A DNA stretch of 64,000 bases from Candidatus Doudnabacteria bacterium (GTDB taxonomy: Bacteria > Patescibacteriota > Doudnabacteria > UBA920 > O2-02-FULL-48-8): NCBI GenBank assembly GCA_037200925.1, contig JBBCGO010000001.1:511698-575697 (forward strand). The letters are read 5' to 3'. Positions 8,922 to 18,413 of the stretch are shown one piece after another. A model generated the notes under the pieces. That model was not told where the DNA came from and did no database searches. It was given only the letters and a program-made list of their open reading frames with translations. Position 1 is the stretch's first letter, and each line of letters begins with the position of its first letter. A program made the position numbers and the translations under genes.

Positions 8922-9950
8922 TCAAACGAATCCGCCGACTCGCCACTCAATGGTTTGGCCTGCCATGTAGGGACGAACTTCTCCAAGCATATCGGGTACA
9001 ACCCAAGGATCTCTGGCCAAGACTAATTTTTCTTTGTTCCTTGGCAGTCCATAAAAATCCGCTCCAAAAGCCCAAGTGAAGTCAATAAGCGATTCCCCAT
9101 CCGAATACCGCTGGAACAGATCAAGGAGCTTTGGCATGAGCACCGGAGCCGAGAACACTCCCGAACAGATCTGGTCCGAGTGTTTGGACCCGAGCCGGTG
9201 CGGCGCCGAATCGCTGCCAAAAAATACTCGGCGCAGCTTTTTATAGAACACCAGCATACGCAGAGCATCGCGGTCTGCCCGTCCCTTGATCTCTGGTTTG
9301 CACATCCGGTGCGGATCACCCAAGCCTCCGCGAACATCATTCATGGTATCGAGCAGGTGATGAATCGTCACGGTCGCGCCGACAGTTTCAGCAGCGTCTT
9401 CGATGAACGCAACTGCGGCCGATGTACTGATATGCTCAAGCACGATGCGAAGTTTCGGAAAGTTATCGGCAACCAGTTGCACCAAAGGAAGGAACATCAT
9501 CTCTCGCCTTGATACGTCAACCCATTCCCACGTCGCCGGGCATTCGCCGTGGATCTGCAGAACCATATTCCGGTCCTGCATGACCTCGAACGTCGGAAAT
9601 AGCACAGCGATGTTTGAAATGCCGTCTGAGGATGCGGTTGTCGCACCTTCAGGATAGAACTTCAGGCGAGGAAACCCTGCTTCCCAAAAAGCCTGAGCCA
9701 GATCCGGCGTGGTCAGATCCGTGATCTTCGGCGAAACAAGAGTGTGGGAACCATACGGCTTTGTCACCGCGTTGGTTCTGAGGTTGTACGCGATCGCTTT
9801 CTCAACGGTCGTTATGGCCGGGACATTTCCCATTGCCACTACCCGTTTGAATTGCGTGGCGCTGAAAGGCGCTACGTCAGAAAGCATCGGCTCGTCGCGA
9901 TAGTGCGCGTGCCAGTCGTCCGGTGCGGGTATGGTGATCTCGTTCGTCAC
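8922..9950 (-). CDS. pyrC: Dihydroorotase (E. coli-type, class II)
   Basis: VTNEITIPAPDDWHAHYRDE matches E. coli PyrC N-terminus (RPDDWHLHLRD); start set to GTG 9950 with GGAGGA 4 nt upstream; track ORF extends further upstream through repeat P2 and is unlikely. Confidence 0.8.
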   Translation of the reverse strand: MTNEITIPAPDDWHAHYRDEPMLSDVAPFSATQFKRVVAMGNVPAITTVEKAIAYNLRTNAVTKPYGSHTLVSPKITDLTTPDLAQAFWEAGFPRLKFYPEGATTASSDGISNIAVLFPTFEVMQDRNMVLQIHGECPATWEWVDVSRREMMFLPLVQLVADNFPKLRIVLEHISTSAAVAFIEDAAETVGATVTIHHLLDTMNDVRGGLGDPHRMCKPEIKGRADRDALRMLVFYKKLRRVFFGSDSAPHRLGSKHSDQICSGVFSAPVLMPKLLDLFQRYSDGESLIDFTWAFGADFYGLPRNKEKLVLARDPWVVPDMLGEVRPYMAGQTIEWRVGGFV

Positions 9951-10035
9951 AGATCCTCCGTTTGAAACATGGAATTGGATCAAGCTCTCGCTTGATTTAA
10001 AAGTATAGCAACCTCTCTCTTTTTCAGGCAAATAG

Positions 10036-10064
10036 ATCCCCACACCAAATTTTGGTGTGGGGAT
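10036..10064. repeat. Palindromic repeat unit P copy 2 (ATCCCCACACC-aaatttt-GGTGTGGGGAT + AAAAAAACGGC)
   Basis: Seen directly; lies between pyrD stop (10082) and pyrC. Confidence 0.9.
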
Positions 10065-10081
10065 AAAAAAACGGCAAGCGT

Positions 10082-11101
10082 TTATGAACACTTACCGTAA
10101 AATTCCCCGTCCCTCCCGAGTTCATTGGCGTGGGCGATGATCTTTTTCACCCGCCACGGCCGCATGAAAGCAACGGACCCGACGGCGATCGCCGAGGCTC
10201 CTGCCCAAGCCAGCCGGTCGACCTGCCTGACATTGAGAATTCCGCCGCCGCCGATGATCGGTTTTGTGATCCCTGCCGCGCGAGCCTGCCGGATCCAAGC
10301 TTCAACCTTATCGAACAGCCAACTGGCTCCGGACAAACCGCCGCCGCCCAAATCTGCCAATGGCGATTCTGTTGTGCCAAAAAGTTTGCGCCTGACCTCC
10401 GCCGGAATGTGTATCCAGTTGATCGCGTTGGAATTGCAGAAGCCATCGCAATTTTCATCCTGACACATTGCCAGTGCAGCCCAGACAGGAAATAAGGCAT
10501 CTATCTTAATAAGCAATGGTACCTTGTCGCCCAGACGACGAAGGATCGCCAGACTCTCTCTAGTCTCTGAGACCAGAGACCCCACTTCTTCTTCGTGTTC
10601 GACGTTCGGGCAGCTGATGTTCAGCTGGACGCCGAATTCGCTCCTGAAAGGCAAAAATTGTTTGATCTGGCTGACCATGTTCGACAATTCATGAAGCCGT
10701 TCCGAGCGCGACTTTGCCAGAGCCATCAGCGAGATCTGAAACGGCTCTGCTCGGTCCTGCCAGACCTGCATTGCAAGCAGCGCATTGATGCCAGGGCCAG
10801 CAAGTCCCACCGCATTCAGGGCCGCTCCGCGGATCCAACTGTATGGGGTGACGTAGATGCATCGCGGCTTGAATTCAGCAGGCGTCATTCCATCACGAAG
10901 CATCTCCATGTTCCCGGGTTCACCGTAAGATTTCCCCAGACGCGATTCCCAGGTCGTGGTTTTGGCAGTAAAACTGCTGCCGGTAAAATCGAAGCCCGGA
11001 ACCCAATGCAAATACTGATGGAAAGGGTAGCCTTTACCGTCAAAATTGCGGACTCCGCTCTGGTCGAATGCGTAGTTGAAACGAACCCCGCGGATGATCA
11101 T
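10082..11101 (-). CDS. pyrD: Dihydroorotate dehydrogenase family protein (divergent)
   Basis: VQLNISCPN motif and C-terminal IIGGGGI...AVGS typical of DHODH; own TATAAT and AAGGAG upstream. Confidence 0.65.
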   Translation of the reverse strand: MIIRGVRFNYAFDQSGVRNFDGKGYPFHQYLHWVPGFDFTGSSFTAKTTTWESRLGKSYGEPGNMEMLRDGMTPAEFKPRCIYVTPYSWIRGAALNAVGLAGPGINALLAMQVWQDRAEPFQISLMALAKSRSERLHELSNMVSQIKQFLPFRSEFGVQLNISCPNVEHEEEVGSLVSETRESLAILRRLGDKVPLLIKIDALFPVWAALAMCQDENCDGFCNSNAINWIHIPAEVRRKLFGTTESPLADLGGGGLSGASWLFDKVEAWIRQARAAGITKPIIGGGGILNVRQVDRLAWAGASAIAVGSVAFMRPWRVKKIIAHANELGRDGEFYGKCS

Positions 11102-11147
11102 TTGCCACTCCTTGAGAAAAGAGAAGAACCAAATACTTCAAAACATT

Positions 11148-11190
11148 ATAACACAAAACAGGCCGCGCAAAGCGCGGCCTGTTTGACAAC
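11148..11190 (-). terminator. Bidirectional hairpin terminator after ftsZ (CAGGCCGCGC-AAA-GCGCGGCCTG) plus T-tracts both sides
   Basis: 11-bp perfect stem, T-rich on both strands. Confidence 0.7.
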
Positions 11191-12321
11191 CTATTTTATT
11201 TTTTTTCTTATGAATGCCGGGATCTCAAGTTCATCCTGATCTTCCGCCATTTCACGTTCCGGTTCCTCTTCCATCACTTTCGGTGCGAACATCGGTTTTT
11301 TCATTTCACTCTTCACCGGTTCCTCCCGGCGGATCAGCGGTTCAGCTCTTCGCAGGCTATCGTCAAATCCGGTAGCCACGACCGTGATCTTGACTTCCTC
11401 ATCCATTTCCTCGTCGATCACTGCGCCAAAAATAATTTTAGCATTGGCATCAACGGATTTGGTAATAAATTTAGCCGCTTCCTCAACCTCGTACATGCCC
11501 AGGTCTTTGCCGCCCGTAACGTTGAACAAAACTCCGCGCGCACCGTCGATCGAAAGTTCCAGCAGCGGCGAATCAATGGCCGCGCGTGCCGCGTCCATGG
11601 CCCGGTTCTCGCCGGTGCCTCGGCCTATGCCCATTAAAGCGGATCCCGCGTTTTGCATAACTGCTTTTACATCCGCAAAATCCACGTTGATCATGCCGGG
11701 CGTGGTGATCAGATCGGAAATGCCGGCAACTCCCTGGCGCAAGACATCGTCAACGGTGCGAAAGGCGTCCAACAATGAAGTTTTTTTATCAATAATCTGT
11801 AAAATGCGGTCGTTGGGAATGATAATGATCGTATCGACATGCTGTTTTAATATCTCCAGGCCTTTTTCTGCAGTTTCTTTGCGCTTGGCCCCTTCAAACG
11901 CAAACGGTTTGGTCACCACTCCCACTGTCAGAACGCCGGTTTTTTTCGCTAATTCCGCGACGACCGGAGCAGCTCCGGTTCCTGTGCCGCCTCCCAGACC
12001 GCAAGTAATAAATACCATATCGGCATTATGGATAACATCCAAGATCTGATCCTTGCTTTCTTCGGCAGCGGCTCTCCCGATGTCGGGATTAGCTCCGGCG
12101 CCAAGGCCTCGGGTAATTGTTTTGCCGATATGAATTTTGTGGTCAGCCTGCGAATTATGCAGGGCTTGCGCATCGGTGTTGATTGCCACGAATTCCACGC
12201 CTTTGATCCCGGTTTCCATCATTCGGTGAATAGCATTATGGCCGGAACCGCCAACGCCGATAACTTTAATACGCGCAAATGTCTGAATTTTAGGTTTGAC
12301 CTCAAATGATCTTGGCTTCAT
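11191..12321 (-). CDS. ftsZ: Cell division GTPase FtsZ
   Basis: [10 protein letters not shown]...[10 protein letters not shown] tubulin signature. Confidence 0.95.
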   Translation of the reverse strand: MKPRSFEVKPKIQTFARIKVIGVGGSGHNAIHRMMETGIKGVEFVAINTDAQALHNSQADHKIHIGKTITRGLGAGANPDIGRAAAEESKDQILDVIHNADMVFITCGLGGGTGTGAAPVVAELAKKTGVLTVGVVTKPFAFEGAKRKETAEKGLEILKQHVDTIIIIPNDRILQIIDKKTSLLDAFRTVDDVLRQGVAGISDLITTPGMINVDFADVKAVMQNAGSALMGIGRGTGENRAMDAARAAIDSPLLELSIDGARGVLFNVTGGKDLGMYEVEEAAKFITKSVDANAKIIFGAVIDEEMDEEVKITVVATGFDDSLRRAEPLIRREEPVKSEMKKPMFAPKVMEEEPEREMAEDQDELEIPAFIRKKIK

Positions 12322-12324
12322 AAA

Positions 12325-13572
12325 TTAAGGTAAAAAACTTTTAAACCATTTCCGCAAATTTTTGACGGTATCATTTTCCATAACTTTGCGCGTAAACTTA
12401 TTGACCGTCCGCGTTGAGCCGAGCAAAAATTCATTGGCCCAAAGCACCAGTCCCACCGCAGTGGCAAACGACGGATCATCCACCCGGTCAATGACCGTTG
12501 TCACAGATCCCGGACTGCCTATTATGACGGGCAAGCGCAGCTGCTTTTTGGCTAATTCTACTACACCTGGAAGTTTGGCGCCACCGCCTGTCAAGACAAT
12601 TCCAGCGGGCAGTTGTCCGTCCCGGTTGATCTTTTTCAATTCCTTGTTGATCAGATCGAAAGTTTCTTCCAGCCGCGCTTCGGTGATCTCGGCAATGTGT
12701 TTAATTGAGACCTTGCCTTCTTCCTGGCGGTCGATCTTGGACAGATCCACATCCACGTCTTTCTTTACCTCGCGCATTTCCGCCTGACTGTATTGCAACT
12801 TCACTTTTTCCGCCGTATCCACTGACGTGCGCAGGCCAATAGCCAGATCATTGGTGATATGCATTGACCCGACCGGCAAGATCACGGAAGAGATCAGATC
12901 GCCCTCATCAAAAACCACCAGTCCGGAAGTCCCGCCGCCAAGATCGATCAAAGCCACGCCCAATTCTTTTTGTTTTTTCGTCAGGACCGCTTGGGCCGCG
13001 GCCAAAGGCGCCAAAACCAAGTCGTCAATTTCCAAACCCGCCTGCTGAATACATTTGGTCAGATTTTTTATGAAAGGGACCGAGGCCTGGATGATCTGGC
13101 TGTCCACCTCGAGGCGGATGCCGGACATGCCCACCGGGTCTTTGATGCCCATTTGGCCGTCCACTGTAAAATTTTTCGGAATAACATGCAAAATTTCCCG
13201 GTTCGCCGGGATGGAAATGGCTTGCGAAGCATCCACGACCCGCACTACGTCGTTTTCCGTGATCTCCCCGTCCGCGCGCGCAACTGCTATCACGCCGTGG
13301 CTTTCCTGGGATGATATTTGAGCCCCGCCGACTGATACGACCGCATGGTCAATGGTGAGTCCGGTCATACGCTCGGCTTTTTCCAGGGCTTCGGAAATGG
13401 AAGACACAGCTTCATCAATGTCGACGATCACGCCGCGCCTGATGCCTTGCGATACCGCCTCGCCCACGCCAATAATGCTGGGCGTACCCAATTCTGATTC
13501 CTGCTTGCCTACGACCACCCGAATAACGGACGAGCCGATGTCAAGACCGACGAATATGCTTTCTTTTGCCAT
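12325..13572 (-). CDS. ftsA: Cell division protein FtsA
   Basis: Actin-like ATPase, MAKESIFVGLDIGSSVIRVVVG; directly upstream of ftsZ. Confidence 0.9.
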   Translation of the reverse strand: MAKESIFVGLDIGSSVIRVVVGKQESELGTPSIIGVGEAVSQGIRRGVIVDIDEAVSSISEALEKAERMTGLTIDHAVVSVGGAQISSQESHGVIAVARADGEITENDVVRVVDASQAISIPANREILHVIPKNFTVDGQMGIKDPVGMSGIRLEVDSQIIQASVPFIKNLTKCIQQAGLEIDDLVLAPLAAAQAVLTKKQKELGVALIDLGGGTSGLVVFDEGDLISSVILPVGSMHITNDLAIGLRTSVDTAEKVKLQYSQAEMREVKKDVDVDLSKIDRQEEGKVSIKHIAEITEARLEETFDLINKELKKINRDGQLPAGIVLTGGGAKLPGVVELAKKQLRLPVIIGSPGSVTTVIDRVDDPSFATAVGLVLWANEFLLGSTRTVNKFTRKVMENDTVKNLRKWFKSFLP

Positions 13573-13632
13573 TTATTTGAATTTCTAATTGATCTAAATA
13601 GGATCAATTAGATTAATTAGGTCGATTTATTT

Positions 13633-14070
13633 TCATTTCAATTGCTCTTTCACAATTTTCGAAATCGCGTTTCCGTCTGCCTGGCCTTTGACTTTTGAAA
13701 TCACTTCCTTCATAACTTTGCCGAAATCGGCAACTCCGGCATTTGTGCTTTCAATGACACTTTTAACGATAGCTGCCAATTCCGTTTCATCCATTTGCTT
13801 GGGCAGATATTTTTGCAGCACGCTCATCTGAGCTTCCTCGTGCTCCACCAGATCAGTGCGTCCGCCGGCCTTAAAACTTTCAATCGAATCCCTGTGCTGT
13901 TTGACTTTTTTGGCGAGGACGCTCAAAACCTCGTCCTCGCCTAAAGATTTGCCTTTTTCTATCTCGGCATTTTTTATGGCCGCCTTCAGATTGCGCAAAG
14001 CAGAAGTATGAACTTCATTTTTTTCTTTCTGGGCGGTTTTTAGGTCATCATCAATTTGTTGCAATAACAT
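13633..14070 (-). CDS. yqeY: GatB/YqeY domain protein
   Basis: Sequence pattern of GatB/YqeY family; conserved rpsU-yqeY arrangement. Confidence 0.75.
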   Translation of the reverse strand: MLLQQIDDDLKTAQKEKNEVHTSALRNLKAAIKNAEIEKGKSLGEDEVLSVLAKKVKQHRDSIESFKAGGRTDLVEHEEAQMSVLQKYLPKQMDETELAAIVKSVIESTNAGVADFGKVMKEVISKVKGQADGNAISKIVKEQLK

Positions 14071-14087
14071 GACATCTTTTCTTTCGC

Positions 14088-14336
14088 TTATCTGCGCCGA
14101 AACTTTGTTGGCGGAGGAAGTTTGCCCATCTTTTTCAGTTCTTCGCGCTTTTCGCGGTTGATCGCGCGCCTTGCCGCGTCCTCGCGCAATAAATTACGCG
14201 ATCTATTCGGTTCATAGAAACGGATTTTGCGCGCACGCACCAAAACACCGCTTTGCTGGATCTTGCGGTTGAATCGCCGAAGCAAACTTTCAAATGATTC
14301 GTTATCTTTTCTCTTAACTTCTACCAAAAATATCAC
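14088..14336 (-). CDS. rpsU: 30S ribosomal protein S21
   Basis: Basic 82-aa protein ...ESFESLLRRFNRKIQQSGVL... Confidence 0.85.
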   Translation of the reverse strand: MIFLVEVKRKDNESFESLLRRFNRKIQQSGVLVRARKIRFYEPNRSRNLLREDAARRAINREKREELKKMGKLPPPTKFRRR

Positions 14337-14509
14337 CTCGCTTTATAAATAGCCTGGTCTGGACAAAAAAATACCAAGGCTTGGCCCAAATATAACATAA
14401 AAACCGCTTTTCGGTCAATCTTAGGGTCAAATAGCTAACAATCATTCAACGATTCTTGTGCAACCGGTGTTTCATTTGGCATTTGAACCAAAGTCTTTTG
14501 GCCGTTTTG

Positions 14510-15787
14510 TCACTTTCCCAATCTTTTTTTGACTTCCTCGATGATCCGCTCGTAGGTAAACAGTTCCTGCATGCCGGAACGCACGTCGCGGAGTATCACT
14601 GTGCCGTCGCGCGCCTCTTTTTGCCCGATGATCAGAGCGATCGCCACTTTATTTGATTCAGCCAGCTTCAGCTGGGTCTTGATCGAGCCCGGGCCGACGA
14701 ATTCCGAAGCCATGATGTCATGGTTCCAAAGCTCCGTGAACAATCTTAATGTCTTTTTTGCCGCAAGTTCCCCCAGCGGCACCAAAAACACATCCACTTT
14801 GTTCTTGCTGGCAAATTTTACCTGGGCCAGTTCAAACGCGGAGAGGATCTTATCCAGTGTTCCGGAAAAACCCACGGCTTGGGTGGGCAGGCCGCCCAAA
14901 CTTTGGATCAGGTCGTCGGCATGTCCGCCCAAGCCCAAAGTCACATCTTTGTTTTCCGCATGAAACCGTATTTCAAACACGGTGCGGCGGGCCCAGGTCT
15001 TGCCGATGACCTTCGGGTTTAGGTTATAGACAATCCCAAGTTCATCCAACCCTTCCAATACGCCGATGAAATGCCTGCGGCAATTTTCACAAAGGTAATC
15101 GATCAAAGCCGGCGCGTCAGCGGCGGCGGCGGAACAGGATAAATTTGTGCAAGCCAAGATCTGCAGCGGCTGGTTATTCTCCAGATGGTCCAGGCAATTT
15201 TCGCACAGATCATATTTCCTGTCCTTGAAATAGTTGCGCAGCTGCTCCTGATAAGCCGGCTGGCATTCAATACATCCGATGTTGTTCACCTCCAGCGACA
15301 GATTATTTAGGCCGATCTCGCCGAATAATTTTAGCAGCAGATTGATCATCTGCGCATCAGCGATGGGCGCGGTTTGCCCGAATATCTGGAAACCGTATTC
15401 GGAGGTCTGTTTGATCTCATTGCCGGAAATAAAAGCCACAGGCGATGAGTAATACCATTTGCTGACCCGTTCCCTTTCCGGGAAATGATATTCAAGATAA
15501 GCCCGGACCAAACTGAAAATATTGGACGGTTTGGCTGCGATCGCATTGCTTTTCGGGTCCTGCAAAATTAAAAGCTGTTCTTTGTCCGAAGTCCAGAATC
15601 CATACAGATGCGCATCCTCGAACATCGGGGTATCGATCCTGACATAACCGAAATTATGCGCCAGGGTGACCAATTTCTCCAAAAAAACATCCCATGATAA
15701 ATGATGCTCTGGCAAAAGATCCTGGGAGCCGGCCAGCCTTGGCGGCGCTTTTTCGACTGTCGGTGTGATTTTGCGGGGACGACCCAT
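14510..15787 (-). CDS. hisS: Histidyl-tRNA synthetase-like class II aaRS with Cys-rich (4x CxxC) insertion
   Basis: N-terminal GYVRIDTPMFE, motif-2-like region, C-terminal anticodon-binding domain ALIIGQKEARDGTVILRD; insertion CIECQ..CENC..CTNLSC..CENC. Confidence 0.65.
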   Translation of the reverse strand: MGRPRKITPTVEKAPPRLAGSQDLLPEHHLSWDVFLEKLVTLAHNFGYVRIDTPMFEDAHLYGFWTSDKEQLLILQDPKSNAIAAKPSNIFSLVRAYLEYHFPERERVSKWYYSSPVAFISGNEIKQTSEYGFQIFGQTAPIADAQMINLLLKLFGEIGLNNLSLEVNNIGCIECQPAYQEQLRNYFKDRKYDLCENCLDHLENNQPLQILACTNLSCSAAAADAPALIDYLCENCRRHFIGVLEGLDELGIVYNLNPKVIGKTWARRTVFEIRFHAENKDVTLGLGGHADDLIQSLGGLPTQAVGFSGTLDKILSAFELAQVKFASKNKVDVFLVPLGELAAKKTLRLFTELWNHDIMASEFVGPGSIKTQLKLAESNKVAIALIIGQKEARDGTVILRDVRSGMQELFTYERIIEEVKKRLGK

Positions 15788-15864
15788 AAAAGATGATTAT
15801 TATAAAGTAAAAATAAAAAAGTCAAAAGATTACTTTTTTTATTTTTTACTTTTTAATTTTTTCC

Positions 15865-16533
15865 TTAAAAACTATAACTGGGCAGCTTATTATAAAAATC
15901 CCATTCATTCAGCGGCAGAACCCTGATCAGCACCCTTCCGACCATGAGAGACCGTTTCAGCGGCCCCCAATCCCGCGAATCGTCGGAAGCCAGGCGGTTA
16001 TCCCCCATCATAAAGTATTCGTCGCTTCCCAAAGTCAGGATTTTTTTGCCGCCGACGATCGTCATGTCATGCGCGTAGCTTAACTGCTGATTTGGCAGAT
16101 AAGGTTCATCGGATGTAACACCATTCGGGTGCTGCGCGTTAAAAATCGTAACCTTGCCGTTGTCAATTTCCACTTTCTCGCCGGGCAGGCCGATTATTCG
16201 CTTGATAAAAAACTGTTTGGGATCTTTCGGGTAGTGCAGCACGATCACTTGCCCGCGCTGAGGAGAACTGAAATGATACGTCAGCTCGTCAATGATCAGA
16301 TATTGTCCGTTGGAAAAATTCGGTTCCATGGATGAGCCGGAGACGATGAACGGCTGGAATATAAAATATCGGATCGGAACGATAATTATAATTGCCAGTA
16401 TTATGATCTTCAAAAAATCCCAAACCAACAGCAAACCCGAAACAAAGCCGCCGAAAGAACTATTTTTATGTTTACCCGAGGTTTCAGTGCGGGTCCCGGC
16501 CTCGTGGCCGGATTGATCTTCTGGTGCATCCAT
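15865..16533 (-). CDS. lepB: Signal peptidase I
   Basis: SGSSMEPNF and GDNRLASDDSRDWG S26 motifs, N-terminal TM. Confidence 0.9.
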   Translation of the reverse strand: MDAPEDQSGHEAGTRTETSGKHKNSSFGGFVSGLLLVWDFLKIIILAIIIIVPIRYFIFQPFIVSGSSMEPNFSNGQYLIIDELTYHFSSPQRGQVIVLHYPKDPKQFFIKRIIGLPGEKVEIDNGKVTIFNAQHPNGVTSDEPYLPNQQLSYAHDMTIVGGKKILTLGSDEYFMMGDNRLASDDSRDWGPLKRSLMVGRVLIRVLPLNEWDFYNKLPSYSF

Positions 16534-16639
16534 AGAAAATATTGTTTAGTAAACTGCTTCGCGAGTTCTTCGCATTACACTTCTACGCCCCCGAATGTGC
16601 AGTTGTTGCACTTCGGAGCTCCGTTCAGGAGCGTAGAAG

Positions 16640-16716
16640 TGGTGGGCGAAACAGGACTCGAACCTGTGACCTCGCCGATGTGAACGGCGCGCTCTAACCA
16701 GCTGAGCTATCCGCCC
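16640..16716 (-). tRNA. tRNA-Val (anticodon CAC), CCA encoded
   Basis: GGGCGGATAGCTCAGCTGGTTAGAGCGCGCCGTTCACATCGGCGAGGTCACAGGTTCGAGTCCTGTTTCGCCCACCA folds as cloverleaf with anticodon loop TTCACAT. Confidence 0.9.
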
Positions 16717-16847
16717 TTTAAATCACAATTAATTTACAGATACTTATTAGCTTAACAGATAACCGCTGAACAAATCAATACTGTCCGCCGATGGATGGAT
16801 TAAAGACCCTTTTTCGCGTATAATACCTGGGCATCTGATATGATTCT

Positions 16848-18413
16848 ATGAAAAACTTCGACCTTATAAAACCACAATTGCAGCAGCAGGTCCAAAATAA
16901 TAATCATTTTGACCCAATTGTCCAGAAACCGCATAGACGAACCCGGAAATGGAAATGGATCATTTTAATTTTGGTTATTCTAGCTTTGGCCGGCTTTGCT
17001 TCAAGCAAATTATTGTTAAAGACCAATCAGATATTTACCGGCAAGGGCAATATCTTTACGCGAGTCGGCAATCTGATCCTTAGTCCTGATAAAAAACTGA
17101 TCGGGGAAGATGAAGGACAGATCAACATCCTTTTGATGGGAATCGGCGGCTCAGGACACGATGGCGCTTACCTTACTGACACCATGATCGTGGCTTCGAT
17201 CAATACCAAAACCAATGAGGTCGTTTTAATCTCCATCCCCCGTGATTTTGCGCTGGACCTGCCCAAAGTCGGATACAACAAGGTCAATGCGGCGTACGCC
17301 TATGCCTACAAAGATAACCCCAATACAGCCGGGGATGCCGCTATTGATGCGGCTGAAAAAATCACCAATTTACAGATTCCTTACTACGCTGTGATCGATT
17401 TTCGGGGTTTTGTCAAAGCAGTCGATGACGTGGGCGGAGTGGATGTGACCGTAGACAACACCTTCACTGACTCGAGCTTCCCCAATGACTATCCTTATGA
17501 TACGACAGGATACTTAGCTCCCGTAACATTTACCAAGGGCCCGCAGCACATGAACGGACAGAGAGCTTTGATCTTTGCCCGGTCCCGGCATTCGGAAAAT
17601 GCCGATGAAGGTTCTGATTTTGCGCGATCTGAGAGGCAAAAAAAAATCCTTGTTGCGTTAAAAAACAAGATTCTGTCGCTGAAGCTGACAAACTTGCCGA
17701 CGATCAACAACCTCCTGTCCGATTTCACGGATAATTTCCGAACGAACATGGAGCCTTACGAACTGAAACATTTGACCGACCTGGCCCAGAAAACAAACAA
17801 CGATAATATTTATTCTTTTTCACTTGATCCGGACGGCGTTTTGATCTGTTCGGCCCTGGTAGACCCGCAAACAGGAAAAAAAGTTCCCGAACCTGCCCCG
17901 GCTCCGGCCCCTACTTCTACTCCGACTCCTCCGCCTGCTACCGGGGCCTCTGCCGCTAAAACGACCGCTGCAGTTCCCACCGCTGGCAGTGTTCCGACTG
18001 TGATCCCAACAGATACGACTCCTGCGGTAACTGAGCCTGAGGTGGTCAGGATGTATGTGGTACAGCCTTGCGAGGGAAAAACCTTAACCGATATCCATGA
18101 TTGGCTTGTTAATGCCCCTGTTATGGCCAAACTGAATAAAGAAAAAGCAACCGTGGAAATTCAAACCTCCACCGGCAAGCCGATCTCTCCGACCCGCTTC
18201 AAACAGTTATCCTTAGCGGGAATTGATGTTAAGTATGCAATATTCAAAGGGAAGGTTGCCTACAATCAGACAGTCCTTTACGACAATACTAAAGGCAGCA
18301 AGCCTAAGACGCTTGATTATCTCAATTCAAATTACACTTTGACCCCGTCAGACGTAACGTATCCTGCTTCTACCGCGGACTTTGTCATAATCGTGGGGAA
18401 AGATTCGTCATGA
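16848..18413 (+). CDS. LytR-CpsA-Psr (LCP) family protein with Pro/Thr-rich linker and LytR_C-like C-terminal domain
   Basis: N-terminal TM, ILLMGIGGSGHDGAYLTDTMIVASIN...RDFALDLP LCP core. Confidence 0.85.
   Translation: MKNFDLIKPQLQQQVQNNNHFDPIVQKPHRRTRKWKWIILILVILALAGFASSKLLLKTNQIFTGKGNIFTRVGNLILSPDKKLIGEDEGQINILLMGIGGSGHDGAYLTDTMIVASINTKTNEVVLISIPRDFALDLPKVGYNKVNAAYAYAYKDNPNTAGDAAIDAAEKITNLQIPYYAVIDFRGFVKAVDDVGGVDVTVDNTFTDSSFPNDYPYDTTGYLAPVTFTKGPQHMNGQRALIFARSRHSENADEGSDFARSERQKKILVALKNKILSLKLTNLPTINNLLSDFTDNFRTNMEPYELKHLTDLAQKTNNDNIYSFSLDPDGVLICSALVDPQTGKKVPEPAPAPAPTSTPTPPPATGASAAKTTAAVPTAGSVPTVIPTDTTPAVTEPEVVRMYVVQPCEGKTLTDIHDWLVNAPVMAKLNKEKATVEIQTSTGKPISPTRFKQLSLAGIDVKYAIFKGKVAYNQTVLYDNTKGSKPKTLDYLNSNYTLTPSDVTYPASTADFVIIVGKDSS

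Noticed and set aside
8922-10091. Track start of pyrC at 10091 (MFINACRFFIPTPKFGVGIY...)
   Set aside because: The N-terminal 47 codons run through repeat P2 and overlap the pyrD stop. A GTG at 9950 with GGAGGA upstream reproduces the E. coli PyrC N-terminus.
11384-12049. 221-aa plus-strand ORF inside ftsZ
   Set aside because: Antisense to the FtsZ tubulin-signature region, with Ser/Ala-rich low-complexity translation.
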